Source: Malacoraja senta | Lineage: Eukaryota | DNA: 53,872 bases | Assembly: GCA_038087875.1 (NCBI GenBank) | Contig: JAXLNO010000483.1 | Coordinates: forward strand, 62,001 to 115,872 | Direction: 5' to 3' | Shown here: one piece after another, positions 24,905-38,550 of the stretch | Layout: each line of letters opens with the position of its first letter | Position numbering within the stretch: the stretch's first letter is position 1 | The notes under the pieces: generated by a model | What the model saw: only the letters and a program-made list of their open reading frames with translations | Told to the model about the DNA's origin: nothing | The model's database searches: none | Translations under genes and position numbers: made by a program

Positions 24905-26095
24905 CAAAGAACGAAAAACAAACTGGTGGAGGAACCCAGTAGGTCAGGCAGCATCTACAGAAGGAAAGGATCGGGACCCTTCTCCAGACTGATTGAAGTA
25001 GAGGGGGAGAAAACTGAGAAAGAGAGGTGAAGGTGGAACAAAATCTGGTAAGTGATAAGTGAATATAGGTGGGGGCACAGGGTGATTGGCAGATGTGTGG
25101 AATAAGCGACGATGGCTATAGGTGAAAAGGAAACAAAAGGTATCAGATCAGGAAAGAAGAGGAAGAATGAAATATAAAGCGGGGGCTGAAATATTGATGG
25201 AAGGGCTACCAAGGGGATGGGGATAAAACAGGGGGTAACAATGTTTACTAAATTTTGAAGACATCTTAGATGTCCTGGAGTGGAAAGCCTCATTTTGAGA
25301 CCAGATAGACTGGAGACAGAGAAATTGAGAGTAAGGGATGGAGTCCTTGCAAGAGGCAAAGTGGGAGAAGGTGAGGTCCAGGTAGCTGTAGGTAGGTTGG
25401 TAGTAGATGTGCGCTACATTGGCAAGATTAAGCATAGACTGTAAACTAGGCGGTAAATTGTTCTGATAAACACTTTCACTCTGTCCACCAAGGCCTGCTG
25501 GAGCTTCTGGTTTGCAATCATTTTTACTTGCCTTCCCATTTCCATACCCTTCTCTCTGTCCTTGGCTTCCCCCATTGCAAGAGTGAGGCATATGCAAGCT
25601 GGAAGAACAGCACCTCATATTCCACTTGGTTAGATTCAATAAATACCACACCCCACTTATCCCCCTCTCCCCTGCACCCTAACACTTCCGCATTTGGTAT
25701 GGACAAATATCTCCCACTACCCCAGTTACTCTGCTCCTTCCCCTTGTAGCGTATGCTCATCTCCCATCCCTGTGTCCCAAAATTCCCTATCATCTTAACA
25801 TTTTCCCCTCCCCCTTGACCTCTTCCACCTAGATCCCTGCCTCTAGCTTTTCATTTTGCTCCTCCCCTTCTTCCTTATCTAATATCCTTAATTCTACTTT
25901 GCACCTCAAGCCTTTGTCACTTACTCCACCCATCTGCTGATCAGCCCCTCCTCTCTTTTTAAGCTTTCTTCCCCGCAATCCGTTCGAAGAAGTGTCCCAA
26001 CCCACAACGTCTGTCATTCCCTCCGCAGTTACTGCCTGACCCGCAGAGTTCTTTATTATTTTTTTGGCTCAAGATTCCAGTATCTGCAGTTTCTG
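24905..26095. mobile_element. Rearranged Penelope-like element with oppositely oriented pLTRs
   Basis: Minus-strand pLTR ~24905-25150 and RT-thumb-like piece (SCKDSIPYSQFL); plus-strand endonuclease end (gaacagcacctcatattcc) and pLTR to ~26095. Confidence 0.7.
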
Positions 26096-27059
26096 TAAAC
26101 ACATACAATAGTATCTAAAAAAAACAGGGAACAACAGAGCAGCAGGTTTAAAACAAGGGGCTGTTTACCAAGAGACCAGTATTCCCAGCTAATGCCTGTT
26201 ATTCTTGTAAGTTAACTTTAGAGTTGTGGTCAGCTGTATGGAATCTTTGAATTAGGTGTTAGCAACTCTGGGTACACAAGCGATTGCAGTAGACTCATCA
26301 TTTACTGTTCGGCCAGGAGGCTAAACAGTCGATACTTAGTCATGTGACTGTGTAAATAACTTTGTGACAGTATTCTACCATAATCTGATGTAAATAAGTG
26401 ATATAAAAGCCTAAGGTTGCAGTTATAAAACACAAGATCAATGCAGCCAACAGAAAGTTTAGCCTTTAACCGGTGTACCTCATCGTATGGAATATTCTGG
26501 CACCCTTACTCTAAAAGACTCATAGACTTTCTAAATTGTAATGTTTTGGAACTGATCTCAAAAATGTCAACACCAGTCTCCCATTACCTTAGGTACAGAG
26601 CACAGAATGCAAAAATGCATTAAATGCATTCATCTAACTTAAAGATCGGGTGCTGATAAGTAAGTCAGTACTGGTGCATTCATTGTTCCAAAATAGTATT
26701 TCTGCTCATGAATTTGCATTATCAAGCTTTGGCAGTCAAATCATAAATATATAGACTAAGTTATAAAAATGTAAACTGGGGCAGGTAAAACGATCATTTC
26801 ATACAGGAAAATAAGCTGTTTTTAACATTATGAGGTCTAGGTCGTGTTGGATGAAAGGAAACATAGTATAATTTGAACATAAAAATAAGCAAGTCTGCTC
26901 TATCATTGGGAGCTGTGTTCTGCTGCTACCTTATTAGAAGCTGAAGCAAGAGATGATCGTATAAAACAACAAATAAACGTTTTAAAAAGCACAAATATGA
27001 TGGAGCATTTCTTCTCTTTCTCATTATCTCCATTCACTCTTGGATTATGGGTAGAATGC

Positions 27060-27337
27060 CTTAGTTTAGCGATATAGTCGGGAAACAGGCACTTCGGCTC
27101 ACCTAGTCCGTGCCGAGCAGCAATCGCCGTTTACTAGTTCTATCCTACACACTAAGGATAATTTACATAAGCCAATTAACCTACAAACCTGCACATTTTT
27201 GGAATGTGGGAGGGAACTGGAGCATCCGGAGAAAGCCTACGTGCTCACAGGAAGAACAAACAAACTCTGTACAGACAGCTCCTGTTGTCTCTGGTGCTGT
27301 AAGGCAGCTTCTCTACCGCTGTGTCACTGTGCTGCCC
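27060..27337 (-). mobile_element. tRNA-derived SINE (HE1-like)
   Basis: Reverse-complement similarity to the SINE at 11425-11712. Confidence 0.8.
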
Positions 27338-27406
27338 AACCTTTCTGATATGTTTCCTGTATAATCCAAGTGGCTACATTCAAAAAGTGTTCCACTTGTT
27401 CTAAAA

Positions 27407-27633
27407 CAAGGGTTCCCAACCTGGGGTAAATTTAGCTGTAAATTTCGCCTACCCAGGGGGTACATTTGTTGATTCTGGATTTGTACATATTTTTTCTCAT
27501 TGACTGATTGTGTTTGGTTCTGGTATACCGGTATCTGTTCATCATTAGTTGATCATAAATAATTGAAATAACATTGTTATGTGCTATTAAAGTTGCCAGG
27601 GGTAAACGGGACGAAAAAGGTTGGGAACCCCTG
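27407..27633. mobile_element. hAT (Charlie-like) MITE
   Basis: TIR CAAGGGTTCCCAACCT vs CAGGGGTTCCCAACCT (15/16); imperfect 8-bp TSD ttctaaaa/ttcctaaa. Confidence 0.75.
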
Positions 27634-30555
27634 TTCCTAAAGCTTTGAAATGTCATGGACAGGACAAGTTTAGAGGGATATGAGCCAAGCACAGGCAAGT
27701 TGGACTAGTGTAGATGGGACATGTTGGTCGATGTGGGCAAGTTGGGTTGACTACACTGTATGACTCTATGACTCTCTGGTGAATCTTCTCTGCACCCTCA
27801 ATGTATATTATGGTGTTGACAGAGGCCTGCAACATGCAACTTGTTTACTGCATTTTCTACATCTTAACCAACAGTAAATTACCTCAAAAGCAACTCAGTA
27901 GCTGTAAATACTCTGGAATTCATCAGTTCATGAGAGTTTCTTCGCGCTTAGTAACATATTTTCTTGATGCAGTAACTTTATTTTAAGTTTCCTCATACTG
28001 TGGTCATTCATGTGCTTGTTTTAAATCTGGAGTTTATTGGATGGTCTGAAGCAAATATTTATGAAATGTAGATAGTGGAAAAATTACATTCTTTCCTGGT
28101 GCCTGAATTTACCCAAAATAAATTGATATAAATTATGAATCATGAAGATTAAAATCCCAGATGTTGGTTGCATGTTTGCTTGTGGGTATAAATAAATATT
28201 AATGAAAGGTAGAAAGGTAAAGGTAAAAGAAAGGTAAAACCTTAAGTGTGTCTGAATTAATCATCCTGGTATCATAACATCACAGTGAGACACGGCACAG
28301 ACATAGGTCCTTAGTTAATGCCGACCAACCACCCATTGACAATAATCCAGTGTTAATCACATTTTGTATTCCGCCTACATTCTTAACAATTCTCCCCAGC
28401 TGTTACCACTCACCTCGATACTAGGGTTAATTCATGTGGGAGGAAACCGGAGTACCCAGAGGATACTCCAAATCATGCATGTGCCACTGACATGAGTCAT
28501 GTAAATTCATGTACAACAAAACATTCTTGAAAACTTGGACTCCAGACAAGTTATCTCTTCCATTCTTCACCAGCCTATCCAGGTTCTTTTGACTCTCAGG
28601 GATCATTCGTCCACCTGCCATCCCTGACAATTAATGCAGACAGAATATTTGATGACCTCTATGTGAACTTGAAGGTAAGATTTTGATGAATTGATGGACA
28701 TTGAGCCACAAAAGTAAATGTGAAAATGTGTAATCAACTCGAGCACCATGTACTAATGGTCAGTTTAAGTGACTATGACGAGAATCTTTTATCACAGTTT
28801 TCAAATATTTAAAATATTGAAGATATTTAGAAATCTGCAGAATATATGCATTCTTGCACAGCAGCATTCAGTTCCTCATAAGGATAGTTCAGCTTTGGAT
28901 TTTAATAATTTGTGGTAGAAATGTTTGCTTTTGATGGCAGAAAGGCAGAAGTGATGTTGTTATGGAATTGCCTGGAGAATGATCTGAACGTGTGCTGGAA
29001 CGATATCAGTCTTGCAGAAAAGTACACAGGAGATGTCAGAGCATAAATCATTCTCGGCAGAGAGAGCAGCTAGATCCATTGCTGTGTAAATGTGGTAATT
29101 AATGCCACCATTCTCTGCATACCTCTAGAGTTTAACTGGCATTTTAGGCATGCATTTGTTTGGTGAATAAAATAAGAATATTGTTTTTTTCCAGTTAAAG
29201 ACATGTTTCAAAATAAAACGGATCAACGTCAGGCAAATTTGAGCACTGAAATTATTTACGAGAGACATTATATTGCAAAATGTCAGTCCAGAGAATTTAT
29301 AAATGAGAGAAGCAGGTTATTTTTAAGAGGTTAAAATGCTGTATATACGTCTGCTGGGACGCTGATTATTTGAAATTGTTGGACTCTGAGTTAAGACTGG
29401 AAGGCTATAATGTGCCTCGTCGGAGAAGGTGTTGTTCCTTGAGCTTATGTTGAACTTAATTCGACTGTAGGAGGCTAAAGGAAGAGAGGTTCAAGTGGGA
29501 TTGAGGTAGAAAATTACAGTGACAGGTAACTGTAAATTTGGGTCACATTCAAAGCTGGAGGTATTCTGCAAAGTGTTCACCCAAACTGCATTTGCATTCC
29601 CTATTGTAGAGGAGACTATCACATTAGCAACTGCTCTGAGTTTTGAAAAAAGGTCATTGAGGTTATCTCTAATTTTCCATCTGGAGATACAGCCGGACCT
29701 ACTGAGTAATTTGTAGCATTTCTGTTTTTAGTATCTGCAATATTTTGATTTTGTACAGAAATGTTGGCTAAAAATGTCTGATACCATTATCGAATAAGAG
29801 ATTGTGCAACGTTGCAAATAAAATAGTTCACAGCAGGACCTGTCTTCCTCAACTGAGTTAATCAAGTTATCATTTTTATCTTTCTCAAAATGAACATGAA
29901 TCCCAGACTGATATTGGCTTTGTTTTTTAATGGATTTTTTAACATTTTAATTATCAGTTTAGTTGTTCTAGCTGAGTCAAATGCATATAATTTGAAATGT
30001 ATCTACATTGCTTCCTCCAGTCTGTTCTCTTGGTCAATGTGACAGTAAATTATTTAGTTAAATTTTCCTCGATCAAATAAGATACTATGCCTTAGAATAA
30101 ACATCAGAATAAAATTGCAAGCACGGTATGATGCATTTTACTTCAGTTTCCAGTATTCAAAGTTTGAAAAGCCGTTTGCGTCTTCTCCCTTTGACCTAAA
30201 GAGTTTTCCCCTGGGGTCTGATTTCTTCCTCATCACAAGACGCGGTGGCTGGTAGGTTAATTGGTCACTGTTAATTACCTCGCAGAGGTGTTAAGAGAAT
30301 CGAGAGTTGATGGATATATGAGGCAGAATCGGTTGCAGGAACTAACTGGAGGAATGGGACTAATGCTAAGAGAGCAGGAATCTTGTATCAGATTTTCTTT
30401 GCTGTAAAACTTAGAAAACCTAGAAACTGGAAAACTTTGTTTCTAAACAAAAGATTGTGCTTCTAACCATTGTTGAAGATATGAACGTTAAGTGAAAGTT
30501 AATAAAGCCTTATATATTAAGCAGATTTTGAAAAAAAAAACGTGTTTTTGATCAT

Positions 30556-30695
30556 CTCTTCTTCTTGCGTATGGCGTGCACAGCCTAAAGTTGTAGGACA
30601 ACTTGTTCTATTTGATCTTATTTGATTGTGCACACCAGGTTGATTGCATTCGTCGAAACAGGGCGAACCAAGTGAAGGTTGCAATCTCTCACCCC
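30556..30695 (-). mobile_element. 140-bp non-autonomous retroposon (Vingi/Ingi-type) with (GAA)n tail
   Basis: Perfect 12-bp TSD GTTTTTGATCAT at 30544-30555 and 30696-30707; 3' end CCATACGCAAGAAGAAG; no pol III A/B boxes seen. Confidence 0.85.
30642..30695 (-). ncRNA. HDV-like self-cleaving ribozyme (predicted, minimal)
   Basis: GGGGUGA(P1) GA GAUUGCA(P2) ACC(P3) UUCACUU(L3) GGU(P3') UCGCCCU(P1') GUUUCGA CGAA UGCAAUC(P2'); G1-U wobble and CGAA before P2'. Confidence 0.8.
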
Positions 30696-31467
30696 GTTTT
30701 TGATCATGGTCAAACGTTTGGCTGCAGTTTACGTACAATATGAATATATTGATCACCCAACCATGAAAATCTCACAATCCTGTCTATGTAATCTTAGTGG
30801 CTTCGGATGAAGAAAACCTGGTAGCATATTTTGATATTTTTTAATGATTGGTTTCAGAACAACTAATTTCTTTACTTTAGATATTTATGCTAGATTGTAT
30901 TGCATTGTTCCTGTTGGTGACAGATGAGAAGCATTCAATCAATTACAGCAAAACAGAGCAATCTCAAATTAATTTATTGTTTTCAATCTTGTACCATCTA
31001 GCGAGGATTTAATGTAGCCATCAATTCTGTTTATGTTTAAGCAATTTTACATATTTATAATGTATGAGTAGGTGACTAGCTAGGATTTTCTCAGAAATCT
31101 TAACTTTATTCTTATCAACATTCTCAAACCAGTCCAGAGTATGACTTCATTATTGACGTGCCATAACTACCTTACTTTCTCTGCTCTCTTATTTTTTTGC
31201 CACAAGAAAGAAGCTTAATATGAATATTTAGCTGATTCAAATTGTAATTTAACGACAACGTTTCCATATTTTAGAAGTTGGGTCTTATGAATATAACGTG
31301 TACATGTTTGTTTACACAGATATAGACTTATCTAAACTAGATCTAGACAGATTTATCTAAGTCCCATTTAATTTATGCATCCAAAACTGTCTATTTATCC
31401 TCTAGACTATCCATTTGTAAAATATCATCTGAAAATGTAGATTTCACAATCAAAGATATGTGATATG

Positions 31468-31608
31468 TGTAAGAAGGAACTGCAGATGCTGATTTAAACC
31501 GAAGATAGACGCAAAAAGCGTCTCGGGTCTGGTCCCGAAATGTCACCCATTCCTTCTCTCCAGAGATGCTGCCTGTCCCGCTGAGTTACTCCAGCTTTTT
31601 GTGTCCAT
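31468..31608. repeat. Penelope-derived hairpin repeat, internally deleted
   Basis: gtaagaaggaactgcagatgctg...cccgaaatgtcaccc...ctgagttactccagc; atatgtgatat occurs on both sides. Confidence 0.65.
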
Positions 31609-34600
31609 ATGTGATATTATCACAGCTTGAGTACCACCAACTGTATTTTGATTGTAGTGTGGTTTACATACAACAGACATGAGTAACTTTGATGTCTCAG
31701 GGATGTTAGAGTGATGTTATTTTTTCCTTAAGCACTGCAGTTGGAGAGGGTAGGAAATGTGTTGTCAGGGACAGCAATCGTATCATTGTGGCAGGGTCCC
31801 TGGTGGTCAGATATCTGATCAGAATCAGAGTGGGAATTGTTGGCCATCAAAGAATTGGTGGCATTGAGAGAAAAAAAAGATTTTGCCCATGGAGGCATTT
31901 CCAGCAGCTGACGATAGAAGGTAACTAGCAAGCATGGGGTCCCAGTACACAGCTCTATTTTAACCTTGTTGCTTTGGAACTGACCATTGATGAATGCTTC
32001 TCAAACAATGTACTCATATTTCCCTGCAATGTCCCAAAAGGAATCTTATATGAATGATGTCCCCTAAAGTGTGTCTGAAACTGAAACAGCATCAGATACA
32101 TATGGACAGCTCAAAGTGCCAGTTTGGGTTTCTCAAGTGAAGCAAAATAACCAGGAAATAGTTGTTGTCATGTTTCATACTGTGAAATGGGTACATCAAT
32201 AGCCCAGTGTTGATATAAGTACATATAATGCAACCTTGTTAAGAGTCCAGATGCAAAGTACATCAGCTCCCCAAAGGTCAGGATTTTGGTTTTGCCACTG
32301 CAGTGATGGTGAGTCCAGAATTAGAGAGCAGGATGAGATGTACTAGTATCTGACCTGCATCTCATTTTGACTTGTGCATTGCAAAGTGAAAGAATTGAAG
32401 GTAGCAACAAGTTGACCTGTTCACTGTCAGGAATATCTGGAAAGTCAAAAATCATCCATCAACCACATTTATCACCTCCAGTTAATATCTAAAGATCTTA
32501 AGGATGGTTTGGTGTCCCATTTGTTTCAATGAAATTCATTATGTTTCAATGAAATTCATTACTCATTTTTCATTAAAAAACAGTTCATTTTAAATTCATG
32601 GCATTTTTTTTATCAGCTTCTGATATTTGGCCTTGTGACTTCTTTACCATTCATCCTTTCATCGCAATAGGCTTTCTGTATCTTGCCTTTGACCTTTCAT
32701 TTTCAACATTCCTAATTTAATTCCTCACCTTTTATGTCTTGCAGCCAATTGTTTTTGATGCTGTTTTTTCCTTTTCCTGAACTGCCTTATCATTCCCTCT
32801 GTTCTCAGATTCCAACACGAGAATGTGGTTTGATGCTGAAAACAGAGCTGACTTTGGTTCTTGAAATGATAACAAATCTTCTTTTCTCTTCTCTTAGCTA
32901 GCTTTTTTTGGATGTCATCCTGCCTCCTCAGTACAGAAAACAGACTGGCAATGAGCCCCAGGACTCTCGTAGGACAGCAAATAAGTTGTCCACTGAAGTA
33001 TTTTTATATAGGTCATGTGCAATTGGTTAAAATCGAGTGGTACTGATACAAAAAACACCTGATTGCTTCCACTCTCTCGGGCTTTTGTGACCCAACTTTA
33101 TGTGACAGGGCACAGTTGAGATTATGTAGCACTTCATTATATCTCTGAAAACACCCCCAAAGCATATCACATGAATGGATCCCAAAAGCAACTTTTATTT
33201 GTGGGGAAATGAGGCCCAAAGCTGCTTCTTGTGCATTAGCAAATTCTAAAAATATTGAGGGCACTCAATGCAATATCTCTATTTCAGTACTGCTGTCTTT
33301 ACATCACTACAAAAATGCTTTCAGAGGTGTGTAAAAGTCGCCTTGGGTTACAACTTTAGATTATTTCTTTCCTCTGTGTGTCGTATTTTCTTCAGTTTCC
33401 TTTCCTTTCAATAATCCTTGCAAATCTCCTTGACAAGATGACTGAATAGTCCATATTCTAAACCAATCGTTTTAATATTATTCACAAACCAATGTTGGTC
33501 TTCTTCGTAGCTCAGCTGAGTTGAAGATTTTTTTTGGAGTTTGATAGTTCAATAGTATTTTTTTAGTGCAATTTTTTTCTGGATTTGTTTATCACAAACA
33601 CAGTCGGTGCATTAAAATTATTAACATCAGATGTACAGTGATACTTAAAATAAGGTTACTTATTTTTGGAATACTTGCCCCTAATTATCAAACAAGATGT
33701 TTTATTGTTGATTCAAGAATTATACACCCTTTTCCCTTATCACCTCTGCTGTGGTTACTGTTGCATTGTAATAGCTAGTAAATATTTATTAAATTATTTA
33801 CCAAATCCTCCCTTTCAATGCCACTGCATTTAGCTAAATGAGAAATGTCATCCAAATATTTTCTGGAGAGTGGGGTTTCTAGCTATTTTTATTTGTCACT
33901 CTGGTTTCTTGAACATTTTATGTTTTATCCCAAATTCAAAGTTCTCTCCATTACATTTCTTGCTTTTTCAGGGGGGGGGGGGGGGGGTCTGGATATGGTA
34001 GTGCATAATTTTCTTCAGTATTACTCCAAATTATTTTACTATTCCCAAGGGTTAAAATTTTCAGCCTATGATTTTATGTTGGAATGGTTAACTCTGTTCC
34101 TGACCTATAGTTTTTTAAACCTATAATGATTTAGATTTGCCAAAAGGTCAGTGTCTTTAAATTTGTTTCTTTTCCTTCTGCTAAACTTCTCCATTAATTT
34201 TAATCTTAAATTTTGTTTCAGTTTTTTATTGATTCTTATCTTTAACATTATTAAATCGCAAATATGGGTTTCATCTATTCAGTATTCAGTGTCAACTTGT
34301 AATGTTCTGGACTCTACCTGGACCATCAGAGGATCTCATTAAATTGTTCAGAAAACAGATCCTTTTTTTTAATTCTTAACAAGGTATATTGGGACCATAC
34401 AACAATAGAGAGACAATACTTTTCTCCACATTTAACGTAATGCCATTGTAGAGGACAAACTCATTCTTGTTACCACTTGACTCTCTTGGGAAATCCCCAC
34501 ACTTCTCTTTAACTGTACGATTGTTGGCCCAATTTACTATTTCAAAATGGTCTTGCAGCTGTGCTTCACTTAGGGATATATTTTGAGAATTTCTAATTTG

Positions 34601-36035
34601 AAAAGTCTTATAATACTGCCAAGGGCTAATTTCTCAAAAAATATTGCTTATGTTCCTTAAATACATCTTGTAAGTGTAATATTAATTACTATAATGACAT
34701 TATGCTATCACACTCATGTCAAATGTTCACATTTTTATGTCACAACCACATACATGCTTTTAGCTTACCTCTAAATGAATGCTCCAAGCTTGCAAACATT
34801 TTCTGTTTTGGTCAGGTCTACAGTAGAGAATTTTACATGTAAATCAAGGCAATTCAAGCAAGATGATAAAGGAATTGACAGAGGAATGGGTGAACATTTT
34901 CAAGTGTAATTTGGTAATAAAGGCCCCACAGCTAACTTGACAGCTTTGGCATAGCAAATCATTTAAGATACGAAGATACATCTTGTCAGACGTAACATTC
35001 CCACAGAAGATGTCAACAGCACTCAGCCAGAATCCCATTAAGGCCATAATGTAATTCTTCACAGCAAACTTCATTATTCTTATGTATAGGAAAGAACTGC
35101 AGATGCTGGAAAAATCGAAGGTAGACAAAAATGCTGGAGAAAACCTTATAGTGGGTTAAGGTGGATTTAGCATGGAGTCAGCTTGGAGCACTGAGAATGT
35201 TGTTCACACTTGGAGCTGCTTGAACCAATAAATGTATTTTCATGGGATGGAATAAATGTGAACTGTGCAGAACTGTTTATAGGGCCAAAAAAAAGAAGAA
35301 AAAAAAGGTGCTCCAGAGATGATAATGATATATAACACTGGAGCTAGGAATCAGATTTAAGCTGAAATAGAAGAATTGATGGCCAGTTACAAGCACAGCA
35401 CAGGTGTGCATGATGATCAAAGTTACTTTCAAATCTAAGCACTGGAGTTATAGAACTGACACAGTGGCTAAGGCAAATGGTATTTTAGTATCTAAATACA
35501 GAACTCTTAAATTCCTTACTGCAATTTTAAAAGCACTTCAAGAAATGACACTGGTTCCTCCTCAGGTCAAGATTGCCCATAGGGGCCCCTAATTGTTTCT
35601 GCAGAGGTTTGTGATATTTAAGGACTATTGCCTAGAAACTGGATTTCATCTTTTTTTTGTGGGTTTAATTTTGTGTGCACGTAGCACTGAAGGTTAATTG
35701 AACCTCCCATAAAGAACCTTGAAATTGGCCAAATGTTCAATATAAGCTGTACTGGTTTATACCCAGAATTTTGTGTTAAACTGCGACCTTTGAACGTTCT
35801 GACAGGGCTTCCATGAAAATCTCTCAGTCCCCGTGTCTTTAATCCACTGGGAAAGGATGTCAGACCTTAAAAGAATTGTCCTTGTGTCAGCCACAAAGCA
35901 GAGGCATTCAAGACTGCCATGAAGGTGAGGCCATCCCTCATACAGTTTTATGTATGAGGGATGGTCAATACCAAGTCCCCGGTCCCCTATATTGCCATGA
36001 GTGTCCTGTGCCAGGTTTGAGAGAATGAATAGGTA

Positions 36036-37015
36036 CAAGACCAAGGGGAACCTGTTGGGTCTTGTCCCCTCAAAGCGGGGGGGGGGGGGGTGGCCTGCGG
36101 CGTCACACACACTAACCACACCCCCCTCCCACACACACACTAACCACCCCCCACACACACACTAACCACCCCACTTGATATTATATTAATATTATTCCTT
36201 CGCTCCTATTACCCCATCCCCGCCCTATCCACTGACGCACAGCCCACACCTCGCAGGCGCGTCTAGAGAGGGAGGGGGGGTAGAGAGAGAGGGCAGAGAG
36301 AAAGGGGGCAGAGACAGAGGGGCAGACAGAGAGAGAGGGGCAGAGAGAGGGGGAGGAGGGGGAGTGGGGGGAGGGAGAGGGGGGAAGGGGGGGAGAGAAG
36401 GGTGAGTAGGGGAGAGGAGGGGAGGGGAGAGAGAGGGAGAGGGCTGACTTGAACTCGGCGAGCGGGCGGCGCAGACACTGAGCGGGCGGGGCCTCGGCAA
36501 CTCCCGGGACCTCTGAAGCCTTCGGAAGCCCAGCCAAATTACTGCATGTTCAGTGGCTTCAATCCAGAGCACTGTGGGTGAGGGAGGCTGGGCTGCGGGC
36601 GGGGCGGGGCGGACAGCCGGCTGAGTGCAAGTCGACTGCGAGTCGGGGGGGGGGGGGCGGTGAGGATGACGTAACTCGCAGCTCCTGGGAAACTGTGCCA
36701 AGCAGGCTGCGTGTTGAAAACTGCGCAGCGGGCCGCGAGGAGCAGAGCCATTGTGACATCATCAGCTCATTAACTTCAACAAATATTTCAGATTTGTGAA
36801 TAATTTTAATAAATAACTCAAGAAATAATGAATCAAATTTTCAGATAAGACGATTTTTGAAATCATGAGGTAAATCTCTATCGGAATATGTAAACATTTC
36901 ACCGTTAGCGCGTCACGTTTTCGAGGAGATGTGAATCACAGGCTAACATCACACACACACACACAAATACACACACAAATACATCCACATCCAAGATCAG
37001 AGTTTTATAAGTATA
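36036..37015 (-). mobile_element. Non-autonomous Helitron A
   Basis: 5' motif tatacttataaaactctgatcttg; 3' degenerate hairpin then ggtCTTG|T (variant of CTAG|T); GC-rich interior. Confidence 0.68.
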
Positions 37016-37304
37016 CTAGACTAAGTGGGACCCGTTGGGTCCCACGTTCACATGGGAGGGCTGGTCCCCCAACACAATATTCCACCTCTCCACCAATTCC
37101 AATATTGGTAGCCAGTGGGCGAGGGGGCTTTCTGGAGCGCTAGTATGGGTATTGTGGGCTGAAGGGACTGGTTTCCAGAGGGCTAATATGGACATTGTGG
37201 GCCAAATGGATTCTTGGGGTGACAGCTCAGTCACTCAAGCCTGATGTGCTGGCAGCTCACTCATGGCTGGTGGGCTGGCAGTTGACACGGCTATTCCTTG
37301 AAAT

Positions 37305-37945
37305 ACCACTTCAAGCAGGGTGCAAGGCCACCAAATTCAAGTGCAGTTTCATACCACTTCAAGCAGGGTGCAAGGCCACCAAATTCAAATACAGTTTCAT
37401 ACCATTTCATGCAGGGTGCAAGGCCACCAAACTCAAATGCAGTTTCATACCATTTCATGCAGGGTGGAAGTCCACCACATTCTAATGCAGTTTCATACTA
37501 TTTCAAGCAGGGTGCAAGGCCACCTAATTCAAGTGCAGTTTCATGCCACTTCAAGCAGGCTGCAAGGTCACCAAATTTAAATGCAGTTTCATACCATTTC
37601 ATGCAGGGTGGAAGGCCACCACATTCAAATGCAGTTTCATACATTTCAACCTGGGTGCAGCGCCACCAAATTCAAGTGCAGTTTCCTACTACTTCAAGCA
37701 GGGTGCAAGGCAACCAAACTCAAGTGCAGATTCCTATCACTTCAAGCAGGGTGCTGGGCCACTATGCTCAAGTGCAGTTTCTTGCCACCGCCAGCAGGGT
37801 GCAAGGCCACCAAATTTAATTGCAGTTTCATACCATTTCATGCAGGGTGCATGGCCACCAAATTGAAATGCAGTTTCATACCATTTCATGCTGGGTGCAA
37901 GGCCACCACATTCAAATGCAGTTTCATACCATTTCAAACAGGGTG
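37305..37945. repeat. 48-bp minisatellite, about 13 copies
   Basis: Unit gcagggtgcaaggccaccaaattcaaatgcagtttcataccatttcat; 16-aa periodicity in the overlapping ORFs. Confidence 0.92.
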
Positions 37946-38550
37946 AAACCACCATAAAACCACACAATACACCACACTCACAGTTCAGTAGACATTAGTG
38001 TGTTCAGTTGATTCACAGCTCAGGCAGAGTCGTGACCTCTCCCTCCCCCATCTTGCAGAGACTGTCACACCCACACTTCCGGGTTTTATAATCCCTCCCC
38101 CCTCCCACCGGAAGGGGCGTGGCCTTCATGGCATGATTGACAGGAGAGAGATTCTCAACATTTTTTAAACACTAATAACACTAAATTGTTCATTGATGGG
38201 AAGAATCCTGTGCACCTGATATGCGGAGGGGGACTGAGTAAAATGGCCAAAAATCACAGCCATAAGTGGTAGCGTTTTATCTAAAATCAATGTACAGTGC
38301 AAACAGAAAGTTGTCAAGTTTAGACTTTTAATCATTTGCCATTTCAAACCAACCACCACCAACCATTTGCTGTGCTTTATTTCAAACCAACCACACCAAC
38401 CATTTGCTGTGCTCTATTTCAAACCAACCACCACCAACCATTTGCTGTGTTTTATTTCATACCAACCACATTTTCATTTTCAAACCACATTAAGGGCACT
38501 CAAGGCCAGTAAAACTACACTCACAGTTTAGTAGACATCTGTTCAGTGTT

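Noticed and set aside
36546..36565. MFSGFN resembling the c-Fos N-terminus
   Set aside because: Only six residues match and the similarity does not extend.
37298..37967. CRISPR-like array or repeat-protein ORFs
   Set aside because: Contiguous 48-bp tandem units with no unique spacers and no cas genes; the ORFs are by-products of the minisatellite.
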